Assembly: GCA_963767925.1 (NCBI GenBank)
Contig: CAVYGB010000010.1
Coordinates: 704,001-768,000, forward strand
Direction: 5' to 3'
Source: an uncultured delta proteobacterium
GTDB taxonomy: Bacteria; Myxococcota_A; Polyangia; Fen-1088
Length of the DNA stretch: 64,000 nucleotides
Shown: positions 37,864 through 47,708 of the stretch, piece after piece
Position numbering within the stretch: the first letter of the stretch is position 1
Layout: each line of letters opens with the position of its first letter
Notes under the pieces: model-generated
Seen by the model: only the letters and a program-made list of their open reading frames with translations
What the model was told of the DNA's origin: nothing
The model's database searches: none
Translations under genes and position numbers: made by a program

Positions 37864-38565
37864 TCACGGCAGATCGAAGATGTCGCGGCGGGGGGGCGGC
37901 GCGAGGCACTCCTTCTGGACCTCCCGGGCGGGGGCCTCGTCGACCAGGGCAGGGCCGCGCCGGCGGGTCACGCGGGTGAGGCGCTCGAGCTTGCCGGGGC
38001 CGCCGCCGGGCCCGCCCGGGAGCCGGCGGAAGCTGGCGCGCGCCGACAGCAGGCAGATGTCGAAGCGGTTCTCCTTCCAGTCGCCCAGCCCCGTCCACAG
38101 CGGCACCAGGCCGGCGTCCGACTCGCGCAGGAGCGCCACCACCTCGTGGGTGTAGAGCTGGTTTCCGCCCCAGCTCGCGGTGAGCCTCACCCGCACGAGG
38201 CTCTCGCCGAGCCGGAGTCGATCGATGGCCAGCGCCCACTGCTCGGCCGCGGGGGTGATCTCCGCGAGGCGCGGCTCCTGCGCCGAGGCGACCTTCAGCG
38301 CGACCGGCTTGCCCGCCGGGGCCAGCGCCACCACCAGCTCCGGTGGATTGGTCCGCCCCTCGGGCGGCTGGAAGGCCGCCAGGAGCAGCCGCCCGCCCGC
38401 CTCCCGCCGGCAGGCGGTCAACCAGCCGGTGCCGGTCCGCCCGAGCTGCCCGGCGATCTCCGCTTCACCCGGACAGCGGGCCGCGCCCGCCGCCGGCGGC
38501 GAGGCGAGCAGACCGACCAGGCCCGCCAGCGCCGCGGACACCATCCACATCGAGCCGCGCAACAT
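37864..38565 (-). CDS. Hypothetical secreted protein
   Basis: Signal-peptide-like N-terminus MLRGSMWMVSAALAGLVG; coding-like GC3. Confidence 0.6.
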   Translation of the reverse strand: MLRGSMWMVSAALAGLVGLLASPPAAGAARCPGEAEIAGQLGRTGTGWLTACRREAGGRLLLAAFQPPEGRTNPPELVVALAPAGKPVALKVASAQEPRLAEITPAAEQWALAIDRLRLGESLVRVRLTASWGGNQLYTHEVVALLRESDAGLVPLWTGLGDWKENRFDICLLSARASFRRLPGGPGGGPGKLERLTRVTRRRGPALVDEAPAREVQKECLAPPPRRDIFDLP

Positions 38566-38614
38566 GCGGCGACGGTTATGCCAGAAAACCCGCCGACCCG
38601 AGCCTGCAAGCGCC

Positions 38615-38848
38615 CAGGCAAGGCCGCCAGGCAAGGCCGCCAGCTTGCGCAGGCAAGGCCGCCAGGCAAGGCCGCCAGCTTGCGCAGGCAAGGCCGCCAG
38701 CATGTGCGCCAGCTTGCGCAGGCAAGGCCGCCAGGCAAGGCCGCCAGCTTGCGCAGGCAAGGCCGCCAGGCAAGGCCGCCAGCTTGCGCAGGCAAGGCCG
38801 CCAGGCAAGGCCGCCAGCTTGCGCAGGCAAGGCCGCCAGCATGTGCGC
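38615..38848. repeat. Modular tandem repeat, 234 bp
   Basis: A=CAGGCAAGGCCGC x12, B=CAGCTTGCG x6, C=CAGCATGTGCGC x2; order AAB AAB A C B AAB AAB AAB A C. Confidence 0.95.
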
Positions 38849-38900
38849 CAAGGAGGTACATGGCTAGGCTCCCTCGATTCGGATACTGTTTTTCCCGGGG

Positions 38901-41156
38901 ATGGGCTGGCTGGATCGGCGGTTCGGGGTGGTGGCGGCGCTCGCGGTCGGGGCGCTCGGGCTGTCGCTGTTCGCTCCCGCGCTGTTCCTGGGCGAGACCT
39001 TCTTCGACCGCGATCTGATCTCGTTTTACCGGCCGGCGAAGTCGATCATCGCGCGCCTGTTTGCCGAGGCCGGGGAGTTGCCCCTGTGGAACCCCTACTT
39101 CGCCGCCGGGCAGCCGTTCGCCGCCAACCCCGAGCACGAGCTGTTCCATCCGCTCACCGCGCTGTTCCTTGTCCTCCCCTTCGAGTGGGCCTTCCGCTGC
39201 CAGGTGATCCTGCCGGTCCTCGGCGCGGGGCCGGCCATGTTCGCCCTGCTGCGGACCCTGCGCCGCAGCCGCTGGGGCGCTCTGTTCGGGGCGCTGTCCT
39301 GGGGCGCCGGCGGGTATCTCCTTTCGACCACGAACCTGCTGCCGATCCTGTTCGCGGTGGCGGTGTTGCCCCTGGTCGTCCTGTTCGCGGTGCGGGTGGC
39401 CCGGGCCGGGCAGGCGCGCGACCTGGTCGGTCTGGCCATCAGCTTCGGGTTGATCGGCCTGGCCGGCGAGCCCTCGACCCTGCTGATGACCCCCGTGTTG
39501 TGTGTCCCCGCCCTGCTGTCTACCCGGGCCCCGCCGGGCCGTGGGGCCCTGCTGCGAGTGGGGATCGGCCTGGCCCTGGGCGCGGCCATCGCGGGCGCGG
39601 CCCTCATCCCCGGGGCCCACCACGCCAGCCGCACCATCCGGGCCGACGGGGTGGGCAGCAAGGAGGCCGGCGGCTGGTCCATGCCAGCGGTGCGCGCGCT
39701 CGAGCTCGTCATCTCCCACCCGCTCGGCCACGTCGGCGCCCGGGGCGAGCGCCGCTTTCGCGGGGAGGGCTTTTACCCGGGCCGGGCCACGGTCTACCTC
39801 CTGTCGCTCTACCCGGGCGTGCTGGCCACCGTGCTGGCGGCCGCGGCGTTTCGCCGGCGGCGGCGGCTCTGGCCCTGGCTGGCGGTGGCCGGCGGCGGCT
39901 TCCTCTTCGCCCTCGGAGAGAACTTCCCCCTCTGGGGGCTCCTGCGCCAGGTGCCGCTGGCCCGCGGGCTGCGCTTCCCGGAGAAGCTCAGCCTCCTGGT
40001 GATCTTTCCCCTCATCGTGGCGGCGGCCCACGGCTTCGATCAGCTCGTCTACGGCCCGGTCCGCGCCCGCCCGACCCTGGCCCGCGCGCTGGCCGTGCTC
40101 GCCGGCCTGGGCGCCCTGGCGGCGGCCGGGCTCGGGCTGCTGGAGATCGGCCCCGGCGACGCGGTCAAGCTGGTCCTGGTGGCCGGCGCCGGCGCCCTCC
40201 TCCTCCTGACCTGGCGCGCGCCCGGCCGGCGGGCGCGGGCGGCGCTGCTGCTGTGCGGGCTGGCCGCCGTCGATCTGTTCCTGTCAGGGCGCGAGCTGGT
40301 CCCCACCACGCCGATCGCCCGGGCCGCCGCCGCTCCACCCTACCTCGAGCCGCTGCTGGCGGCGCCGGGGCGGCACCTCCTGCTCGATCAGGCGGCGCTC
40401 GATCGCCGGTTCGATGGGAGCGCCCTGCTGCGCGGACCTCCCGGGCCGGCCGAGTGGGGCCTGCACACAACCCTCGAGAACGACTTCGATCTCACCCACC
40501 TGGCCTGGACCTACCGAGCGATGGAGAGGTTCTGGCAGGCCGTCAACCGGGACCGGTCGCTGCTCGGGCCGCTGCTCCGGCGGCGGGGCGTGACCGCGAT
40601 GGTCCGCTTCGTCCCCGGGGCGCGCTGGCAAGGCGGACGGGTGGTGAGCCCCCGGCCGGGACAGTTCCCGGTCGAGCTGGTCCTCAACCAGCAGGCCCGC
40701 CCCTTCGCCTTCGCCGCCGCCCGGGTCGAGATCGTCGACGGCCACCATGGCTGGGTGGCGGGCGTGCTGCGCCTGGGACGGGCCGTGGCCGACAGCGCCT
40801 GCGTGGAGAAGGCCGACCTGCCCGTCTTCCCGGGCGCGCCGGCCCCCGCCGAGGTGCAGGTGCGGGCGCGGCGGCCGATGGAGGTGCTGCTCGAGGTGGA
40901 GGGGCGCGGGCCGGGGCCCTCGTTCGTGGCCATCAACCAGACCTGGGATCCCGGCTGGTCGGCGACCATCGACGGGACCCCGGCGCCGCTGCTGCGCACC
41001 GAGATCGCCCTCTCCGGCCTGGTGGTCCCCGCCGGGCGCCACCAGGTGGCGCTGCGCTACCGCAACGGCTGGATCGACCTGGGGATCGGCCTCTCGCTGG
41101 CCGCCGTTCTGGCCTGCCTGGGGCTGGTCATCGCGGGCCGCCTGCGGCGGCGGTGA
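38901..41156 (+). CDS. YfhO-family membrane protein (GT-C-like)
   Basis: GELPLWNPYFAAGQPF, many TMs, WDPGWSATIDG..VPAGRHQVALRY. Confidence 0.85.
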   Translation: MGWLDRRFGVVAALAVGALGLSLFAPALFLGETFFDRDLISFYRPAKSIIARLFAEAGELPLWNPYFAAGQPFAANPEHELFHPLTALFLVLPFEWAFRCQVILPVLGAGPAMFALLRTLRRSRWGALFGALSWGAGGYLLSTTNLLPILFAVAVLPLVVLFAVRVARAGQARDLVGLAISFGLIGLAGEPSTLLMTPVLCVPALLSTRAPPGRGALLRVGIGLALGAAIAGAALIPGAHHASRTIRADGVGSKEAGGWSMPAVRALELVISHPLGHVGARGERRFRGEGFYPGRATVYLLSLYPGVLATVLAAAAFRRRRRLWPWLAVAGGGFLFALGENFPLWGLLRQVPLARGLRFPEKLSLLVIFPLIVAAAHGFDQLVYGPVRARPTLARALAVLAGLGALAAAGLGLLEIGPGDAVKLVLVAGAGALLLLTWRAPGRRARAALLLCGLAAVDLFLSGRELVPTTPIARAAAAPPYLEPLLAAPGRHLLLDQAALDRRFDGSALLRGPPGPAEWGLHTTLENDFDLTHLAWTYRAMERFWQAVNRDRSLLGPLLRRRGVTAMVRFVPGARWQGGRVVSPRPGQFPVELVLNQQARPFAFAAARVEIVDGHHGWVAGVLRLGRAVADSACVEKADLPVFPGAPAPAEVQVRARRPMEVLLEVEGRGPGPSFVAINQTWDPGWSATIDGTPAPLLRTEIALSGLVVPAGRHQVALRYRNGWIDLGIGLSLAAVLACLGLVIAGRLRRR

Positions 41157-41159
41157 GGG

Positions 41160-41933
41160 TCAGCGGCGGCGGACCCGGATGCGGGCCGGCTCGCGCCCCA
41201 GCTTGCGGGCCAGCGCCGCCGCGGTCCAGGGCTTCTCGATGGCGGCGTCGGCCAGGCCGGAGCTGAGCAGCAGGTTGAGGCGAAAGTTCCCCACGCCGTC
41301 GACGAGCAGGACGCGCTTGAGCCGGGTATGGTTCTCGCGCAGGTACTGCAGGAAGTCCCAGCCGCCCGACCCGGCCACGAGATAATCGACCATGACCGCC
41401 GCCAGCCGCCCGCCGGGCACCCGCAGCCAGGCCGCTGCCTCGAGGGGCGTGGTGGCGAACAGCGGCGGGGAGCCGGAGGCGGCCAGCTCACGAGCCAGGG
41501 CGGCGGTGCCGTTGGCCCGGTTCCACACAACGAGGACCACTGCCTCGGCGAGGTCAGGCCCGGGGATTGCCAGGGCCGCCGCCAGCGCGTTCTCCTCCTC
41601 TTTCGTCAGCCGCTCGAAGCGCAGGGCACAGCGGCGCCCGCGGGGCCCGGTGGCCTGGCGGCGCAGCACGATCCCGCGCAGCTTGAGCACCGGAATTCCC
41701 GGGAGCTGCACGGCCAGCTCGACCATCTCGCCCGGGGCCAGCACCGCCTCTCCGACCAGGGAAGCTCCCCCTCGCGACAGGTCGGCCACCTCGAAGATGC
41801 CCAGGTGCCGGCTCGGGTTGCCGACCGCCGCCACCCCGGGCACAAGGATCCGCCCATCGCGACGGCGGTCGCGCAACTCCGGTACAACCGTGAGCTGGGT
41901 GGTCTTTCGTGAGCGGGGGGCCGAAGCAGACAT
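41160..41933 (-). CDS. PilZ domain fused to a receiver-like domain
   Basis: RRRDGR and DLSRGG; VMVDY..GWDFL..IEKPW. Confidence 0.75.
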   Translation of the reverse strand: MSASAPRSRKTTQLTVVPELRDRRRDGRILVPGVAAVGNPSRHLGIFEVADLSRGGASLVGEAVLAPGEMVELAVQLPGIPVLKLRGIVLRRQATGPRGRRCALRFERLTKEEENALAAALAIPGPDLAEAVVLVVWNRANGTAALARELAASGSPPLFATTPLEAAAWLRVPGGRLAAVMVDYLVAGSGGWDFLQYLRENHTRLKRVLLVDGVGNFRLNLLLSSGLADAAIEKPWTAAALARKLGREPARIRVRRR

Positions 41934-42103
41934 TTGGGGGCTGGCTGGGTCGACTCGTCGTGTCTGGTTATTTCCGTCCTAAGTTTTTGTAATCTCTAAG
42001 ACGCTATGTGGCTCCTATTTCACATCGATGGATGCGCTCGATTCTTGAGAGTGAAGGCGTTTACGGCGCGCCCCGGACCGACTATATCTGTGCGGATCGC
42101 GGA

Positions 42104-43747
42104 ATGCTGAAAGCGAGCCTCCGCCGCTACTGGCCCGTCGTCGCAGCCACGCTGTTGCTCTTCCCGCATGCGTTGCTGTTCGACTTCGTCAACGACGACG
42201 CGTACATATCGTTTCGTTACGCGCAGAACCTCGCCGAACACGGCCAGCTCGTGTTCAACCTGGACGAGCGGGTCGAGGGGTTCACCAACTTCCTGTGGAC
42301 GTTGATGCTCGCGGGCGGCATCAAGCTCGGGATCAACCCCGTGGTCTTCTCGCGTTTTCTCGGCGTCGCCTTCGCGGTGGGGACGCTCGGGCTGCTGGTG
42401 CGGCTGTCGCTGCGCCTCGACGGCGAGCGGCCGTCGCGCTGGCACGTTGTCGCCCCGGTGGGGCTGGCCGGGCTTGGCGCTTTTGCCTGCTGGTGCACGG
42501 GCGGGCTCGAGACGCAGCTCTTCACGTTCCTGCTGCTGCTGGGGTTCGAGCGGCTGCTCAACGAGATGGCCACCGGTCGCGGCTTCACCAGCGGAGCCTG
42601 CTTCGCCCTCGCGGCGATGACCCGACCGGAGGGCGTCCTGTTCTTCGGGCTGGCCGCGCTCTACCGGCTGGGCCGCAACTTCCTGCGCGAGCGCCGCCTG
42701 GCCCCCACCTTCCCCGAGCTCTACTGGCTGCTGGCCTTCGTCGCCGTGTTCGTCCCCTACTTCGCCTGGCGCTGGACCTACTTCGGCTGGCCCTTCCCGA
42801 ACACCTTCTACGTCAAGTCGGCGGGCGGCGCGGGCACCTACCAGCTCGGTCTGTATTACCTGCGCCGCTTCGTCGAGGACTACGGCGTCGGCTTCCTCGC
42901 GCTGGTGCTGCTGCTGGGCTGGCCCTCGAAGCTCGACTGGCGGCGGCGCGACCTGTTTGCCCTCTTCACCCTCAGCGCCCTCGCCTTCGCCGGCTACGTC
43001 GTCAAGGTGGGCGGCGACTTCATGGGGCTCTATCGCTTCATCTTGCCGGTCCTCCCGCTGGGGGTCCTCTGCGTGCAAGAGGCCACGCGCACCCTGGCCC
43101 AGCGGCTGGCGCCCTTCGTGACCCAGCCGGTGCTGGCGGCGGCGGGCATCGCGGCCTTCGCCGCTTTTCTCGCCGGCAGCCTGCAGGTCTCGCGCACGGC
43201 AGCGGCGGGCGGCAGCGACCGGGGCATCGACAGCCCGGGCTACCTCAAGCAATACGTCGACGAGCGGATCCCGGTCGGGCTGTGGATGGCGCCGCACGTG
43301 CGGCCCGAGCACCTGGCCAGTGTCGGCGGCGCGGGGGTCATCCCCTATTACTCGAAGATTCGCGCGTTCGACTGCTTCGGGCTGGTCGACCAGACCATCG
43401 CCCACGATCCGGCGATGACGGTCCAGCTCCGGCCGGGGCATCAGAAGTGGGTCTCGTTTTCCTACCTGTTCTCCCGCCGGCCGACGCTCATCACCCACTG
43501 CTATTGCCTCAACGGGGCGTGTAACTGCGACCCGCGTGATGCCGTCTGGAAGAACAACGGCTACGAGCCGGTGACGGCGACAATCCCGGGGTCGCCGGCG
43601 CCGACGGTGTACACATTTCTCAAGCGAACCGATGCGCGCTTCGGGCCGTTTCCGGCGACGGCCGGGGTGGAAGGGGTGGAGGCCGAGGGGGCGGAGCGGG
43701 CGCCGGAGCCGGATCCGGATCCCGATCAGCCGGACGAGAACAACTGA
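42104..43747 (+). CDS. Multi-TM GT-C-like glycosyltransferase
   Basis: DDAYISFRYAQNL..ERVEGFTNFLW, GLET, TRPEG, PNTFYVK. Confidence 0.8.
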   Translation: MLKASLRRYWPVVAATLLLFPHALLFDFVNDDAYISFRYAQNLAEHGQLVFNLDERVEGFTNFLWTLMLAGGIKLGINPVVFSRFLGVAFAVGTLGLLVRLSLRLDGERPSRWHVVAPVGLAGLGAFACWCTGGLETQLFTFLLLLGFERLLNEMATGRGFTSGACFALAAMTRPEGVLFFGLAALYRLGRNFLRERRLAPTFPELYWLLAFVAVFVPYFAWRWTYFGWPFPNTFYVKSAGGAGTYQLGLYYLRRFVEDYGVGFLALVLLLGWPSKLDWRRRDLFALFTLSALAFAGYVVKVGGDFMGLYRFILPVLPLGVLCVQEATRTLAQRLAPFVTQPVLAAAGIAAFAAFLAGSLQVSRTAAAGGSDRGIDSPGYLKQYVDERIPVGLWMAPHVRPEHLASVGGAGVIPYYSKIRAFDCFGLVDQTIAHDPAMTVQLRPGHQKWVSFSYLFSRRPTLITHCYCLNGACNCDPRDAVWKNNGYEPVTATIPGSPAPTVYTFLKRTDARFGPFPATAGVEGVEAEGAERAPEPDPDPDQPDENN

Positions 43748-44075
43748 GGGAAAAGCGGGGCCCGGTTAGCGCAGGGCGATGGTGCCGTGGCGGAGGATGA
43801 TGCGGCTCTGAGTGGGGACCTGTCCGCCAGCGGCGCGGAGGCGGCGGGCAGGTGGGAGTCTCTGTGCGTCAGCAAGGAGGGTGGGGCGGCGCAGGACCGA
43901 TGTCACCGGAAGAACCGGGATCCGCGACGGCGGTCGTCGGGAAGCAACGGTCGGCATGCTCCCATGGTGGGTCTCCTGAGCGGCCCGTCAAGTTTTGCCC
44001 CTTTCCCGGGCCGCGGGCTGCGCTCAGGGTCTGCTCAACGCCGTGGCGCAGGCTACCGATGTATCGAGCGAGGGA

Positions 44076-45313
44076 ATGTCGGGCGAGCTTTACGATGTCC
44101 TCGTGCTGGGGCCGGTGGAAGCCACTCCGACCGCCGAGGCGCGCCTGGCGGCGGCCCTGGCGGGCCTGGCGGGCGCACCGCTGACCGCGATCGCGCAGGG
44201 CCTGGCCGAGAAGAACCTGAGCATGGGTCAGGCGCTGGACCGGACCGCGGCCGAGGCGCTGTTGCGCCAGCTCCAGACGCTGGGAGCGCTCACGTCGATC
44301 CGGAGGGCCAGCGGGGCTTTCCCGCAGTCGGGCGCCCTCACCCCCTCGCCCCACTCGGGCGTGGGGCTCGGTCCAGCGCCGGGCAGCGGGCTCGGCCCGG
44401 GAATCCTGACCCCCGGGCCAGGATCGGGGGTGCGGGGCATGGGGGTGAGCCCCTCGTCGGCCGGCTCGCTCGGACGGGCGCCGTTGAGCGCACGGGCAGC
44501 GCACCGGGCACCGGCCCCGGCTTGCGGCCGCTGGGCGCCCTGCGGGCCGAGCACCCCGGCTCGCTGCCGACTCCATCACCCGGGACGCCCCGGGTGCCGA
44601 CCGACGGCCTGGGGCACCGGGTGCCGACCGGGACCGGCTTCGCCTTCAACGAGCCGCCTTCCCAGTCGCGCGGCAGCGCCCGGACGGCGGCGCCGCCCCC
44701 CGTGGCGGCGCCCGCCCCCCCGCCACCGGACGACCCATTCAGCAACCCCGAAGCGTCGGTGGGCCCCCTGGAGCTCGACCGGGACCGGCGTCCCGACTCC
44801 AGCCACCGCGACGGCATGCCCGGAGGGACCGGCTCCTCGGGCCTGTTCTCGCCGAAGATCATCGCCAGCCGGGCGAGCTCGGGGCTCGAGCTGGCGGGGG
44901 AGAAGAAGAGCCACGTCGAGCGCTGCCCCAAACACGGGCTGCTCTACGACAGCAGCAAGAGCTCGGCGTGCCGCAAGTGCCTGGCCGACGGACGGGCCGC
45001 CCTTGTCGAGCGGCGGGGCACCCTCCGCTCGAACCCGGCCCGGCGGGCCCTGCTGGGGATCCTGTTCGCGATGGTGCTCGGGTTCTTGCCCGCGGCCTAC
45101 TACGCGCGTACGCCGGGCGCCGCCGAGGTGAACCGGCTGCGCGCCGAGCAGCACGAGCTATCCAAGGGCGCCGGCAACGAGGCCACCATCCGCCGTTTCG
45201 ACGAGATCGAGGGGCTGGTGGCGGTGAGCCGCCGCCTCAGCATGCGCAACACCCTCATCATCTGGATCGCGGCCAGCGGCGTCCTCCTGGTCGGCTGGTA
45301 CCGCGTCACCTAG
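44076..45313 (+). CDS. Hypothetical membrane protein with Cys/His cluster; probable indel near 44490
   Basis: MSGELYDVLVLG in one frame; CPKH..CRKC and two TMs in another. Confidence 0.6.
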
Positions 45314-46049
45314 CTTCATCATCGGTGGCGGGGGGGTCCTCCACCTCCTCGGTCTGACGGGCGGCGGGGGCGGGGGCCACCCGCTCGAGGATGACGAAGC
45401 GGCGCTCGTGGTCGGTGCGGGGCAGGTGGTAGCGGTGGTCTTTCACCAGGGCGAACTCGCCAGCGAAGCTTCGCTTCACCTCCTCGAGCTCCGGGTCCAC
45501 CGCCGGGCCCTTCAGGAAGAAGAAGCGGGTGCCCGGGTGGGTGCAGCCCGAGGTCCGCAGCAGCGTCTTGCCGATGGGCTCGAGGGCCCGGGTGATGACG
45601 CCGGCCACCGGCTGCTGGAAGCTCCGGCTCACGACCCGGTGGGGGAAGACCTCCACCTTGCGGAAGCCCAGGCGCTGGCAGACCTGCTGCAGGAACTCCA
45701 CCCGGCGCGGACGCGGCTCGGCGAGGATGATGTGCAGGTCGGGGCACATGATCTTGAGGGGGATGCCCGGGAAGCCCGCCCCGGTGCCGACGTCGAGCAG
45801 GGGGCTCGGCAGGCGCCCGAAGCGGGTGATGAAGATCGAGTCGACGTAGTGCTTGAGCACCACGGCCTCGAAGTTGACGATGCGGGTGAGGTCGCGATCG
45901 CGGTTCGCCTCGCGCATCAGGTTGTGGTACGTCCAGAGCTGTTCGATCTGGGCGGCTCGCGGTCGGACGCCGGCCTCCCGCAGCAGCTCCCCCAGGAGCT
46001 CCTTGCTGGGGCGGCGGGGCGAGCCGCCTCTATGACCCGGGCGCCGCAT
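45306..46049 (-). CDS. rsmG: 16S rRNA m7G527 methyltransferase
   Basis: LTRI..KHYVDS, LLDVGTGAGFPGIPL, TRAL, LKGP. Confidence 0.92.
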   Translation of the reverse strand: MRRPGHRGGSPRRPSKELLGELLREAGVRPRAAQIEQLWTYHNLMREANRDRDLTRIVNFEAVVLKHYVDSIFITRFGRLPSPLLDVGTGAGFPGIPLKIMCPDLHIILAEPRPRRVEFLQQVCQRLGFRKVEVFPHRVVSRSFQQPVAGVITRALEPIGKTLLRTSGCTHPGTRFFFLKGPAVDPELEEVKRSFAGEFALVKDHRYHLPRTDHERRFVILERVAPAPAARQTEEVEDPPATDDEAR

Positions 46050-46746
46050 GGCTTTGGCAGCAGTCGAGGTCCTCTACGAGGACAACCACCTCATCGGCGT
46101 GTTCAAGCCCGCCGGCCTGCTCACCCAGGGCGACGAGACGGGTGAGGCCTCGATGCTGGACCTCGTGCGCGAGGACCTGCGCCGCCGTCACGGCAAGACC
46201 GGGCATGTTTTCCTGGGTCTCCTGCATCGTCTCGACCGGCCCGTCGCGGGGGTCCTCCTGCTGGCCAGGACCTCGAAGGGGGCCAGCCGCTTATCCGAGC
46301 AGATCCGCAACCGCTCGGTCCGCAAGACCTACTGGGCGCTGACCGGGAAGGCCCCCCGTCCGGGACCCTCCGGGGCGCTCGAACATTTCATCCGCAAGGC
46401 GCCCGGTCGCTCGCAGCGGGTCTCGACGGCGCCCCACCCGGAGGGCAAGGAGGCGCGGCTGCGTTACCAGGTGCTCCGGCGTTTTCCGGGGCTGTTCCTG
46501 CTGGAGGTCGACCTCGAGACCGGACGCAAGCACCAGATCCGGGCTCAGCTCGCCCACGAGGGCTGCCCGATCCTCGGTGACTTCCGCTATGGCGCCAGCA
46601 CGCCCTTTCAGGAGGGCAGCCTGGCCCTGGTGGCCCGGCGGCTGCAGTTCGCCCAGCCCGTGTCGGGTGAGCCGATCGAGATCCAGCTCCCGGATCGACT
46701 CTGCCCCATCACGGGCTGGCTGCGGCGCCGCGGGCACGCGCTCTGA
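46048..46746 (+). CDS. RluA-family pseudouridine synthase
   Basis: VLYEDNH..KPAG, LHRLDRPVAG, LETGRKHQIRAQL..PILGD. Confidence 0.92.
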   Translation: MALAAVEVLYEDNHLIGVFKPAGLLTQGDETGEASMLDLVREDLRRRHGKTGHVFLGLLHRLDRPVAGVLLLARTSKGASRLSEQIRNRSVRKTYWALTGKAPRPGPSGALEHFIRKAPGRSQRVSTAPHPEGKEARLRYQVLRRFPGLFLLEVDLETGRKHQIRAQLAHEGCPILGDFRYGASTPFQEGSLALVARRLQFAQPVSGEPIEIQLPDRLCPITGWLRRRGHAL

Positions 46747-46843
46747 GCGCACCAGGTTGCCTCGATCAGGCGCCCGCAGCCGGGCGCCGACGGCCAGGCC
46801 CTCGACGTGGGCGCCTCGGGCGCCCGCGTCGCTAGCGCCCGAC

Positions 46844-47563
46844 TCAAGCGCCCTTCTTGGACGCCTTCATCGGGTTCTTGGACTCGAGCTCTTTCTCGGG
46901 CGGCGGGATGATGTGCTTCTTGACGTTCTTCATGCTGCCCTTGAGAACGACGAGCCCGTTGCGGGGTCCCGGGATGGCGCCCTTGACCACCACGACGTTC
47001 CGATCCTCGATGATCTTGACGACCACGAGGTTCGAGGCGGTGCACTTCTCGTCGCCCATGTGCCCGGTCATCCGCTTGCCCTTGAACACGCGGCCGGGAG
47101 TGAGGCGGCAACCGATCGAGCCGACGTTGCGGAACATCTCGTGGGTACCGTGCGAGTCGGGCTTGCCGTGCATCTTGTGGCGCTTGATGACGCCCTGATA
47201 CCCCTTGCCCTTGCTGACGCCCACGGCGTCGACAACGTCGCCGGCCTTGAAGACGTCGGTGGCCTTCAGCATCTTGCCGATCTCGAGCGTCCCGGCGCCG
47301 CCGGCCTCGAGCCGGATCTCCTTCACCACCTTGGGGACGAGGCCCGCGCTCTTGTACTGGCCGGCGACCGGGCGGGTCGAACGGCCGTTCCGGGCGGCGC
47401 CGAAGCCGAGCTGCACGCTGGTGTAGCCGTGAGCCTCCGGAGAGCGAACACCCGTCACCAGGCAGGGGCCGAGCTCGAGGACGGTGCAGCCGATCGCTGC
47501 CCCCTCGTAGAACACCTGCGTCATCCCGAGCTTACGACCTATGAGGCCCATCTTGTGTGGCAT
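46844..47563 (-). CDS. rplC: 50S ribosomal protein L3, outside the S10 operon
   Basis: GLIGRKLGMTQVF, SKGKGYQGVIKRH, PGRVFKGKRMTGHMG, VKGAIPG. Confidence 0.95.
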   Translation of the reverse strand: MPHKMGLIGRKLGMTQVFYEGAAIGCTVLELGPCLVTGVRSPEAHGYTSVQLGFGAARNGRSTRPVAGQYKSAGLVPKVVKEIRLEAGGAGTLEIGKMLKATDVFKAGDVVDAVGVSKGKGYQGVIKRHKMHGKPDSHGTHEMFRNVGSIGCRLTPGRVFKGKRMTGHMGDEKCTASNLVVVKIIEDRNVVVVKGAIPGPRNGLVVLKGSMKNVKKHIIPPPEKELESKNPMKASKKGA

Positions 47564-47708
47564 TGTGTGCTCCCGCTGCGCCGATCTTTAGCGAAGGGAC
47601 TCCTTAATAGGTTGGACGGGCCATGTCAAGGCCGGAGGGGGTCCCGGGTATCCGGCGGACATCGTGAGGGGTCTGGCGAGGGGGTCCCGGCCCGGGAGCC
47701 CGACGCGA

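Noticed and set aside
38615..38848. CRISPR array
   Set aside because: No unique spacers and no cas genes; purely modular tandem repeat
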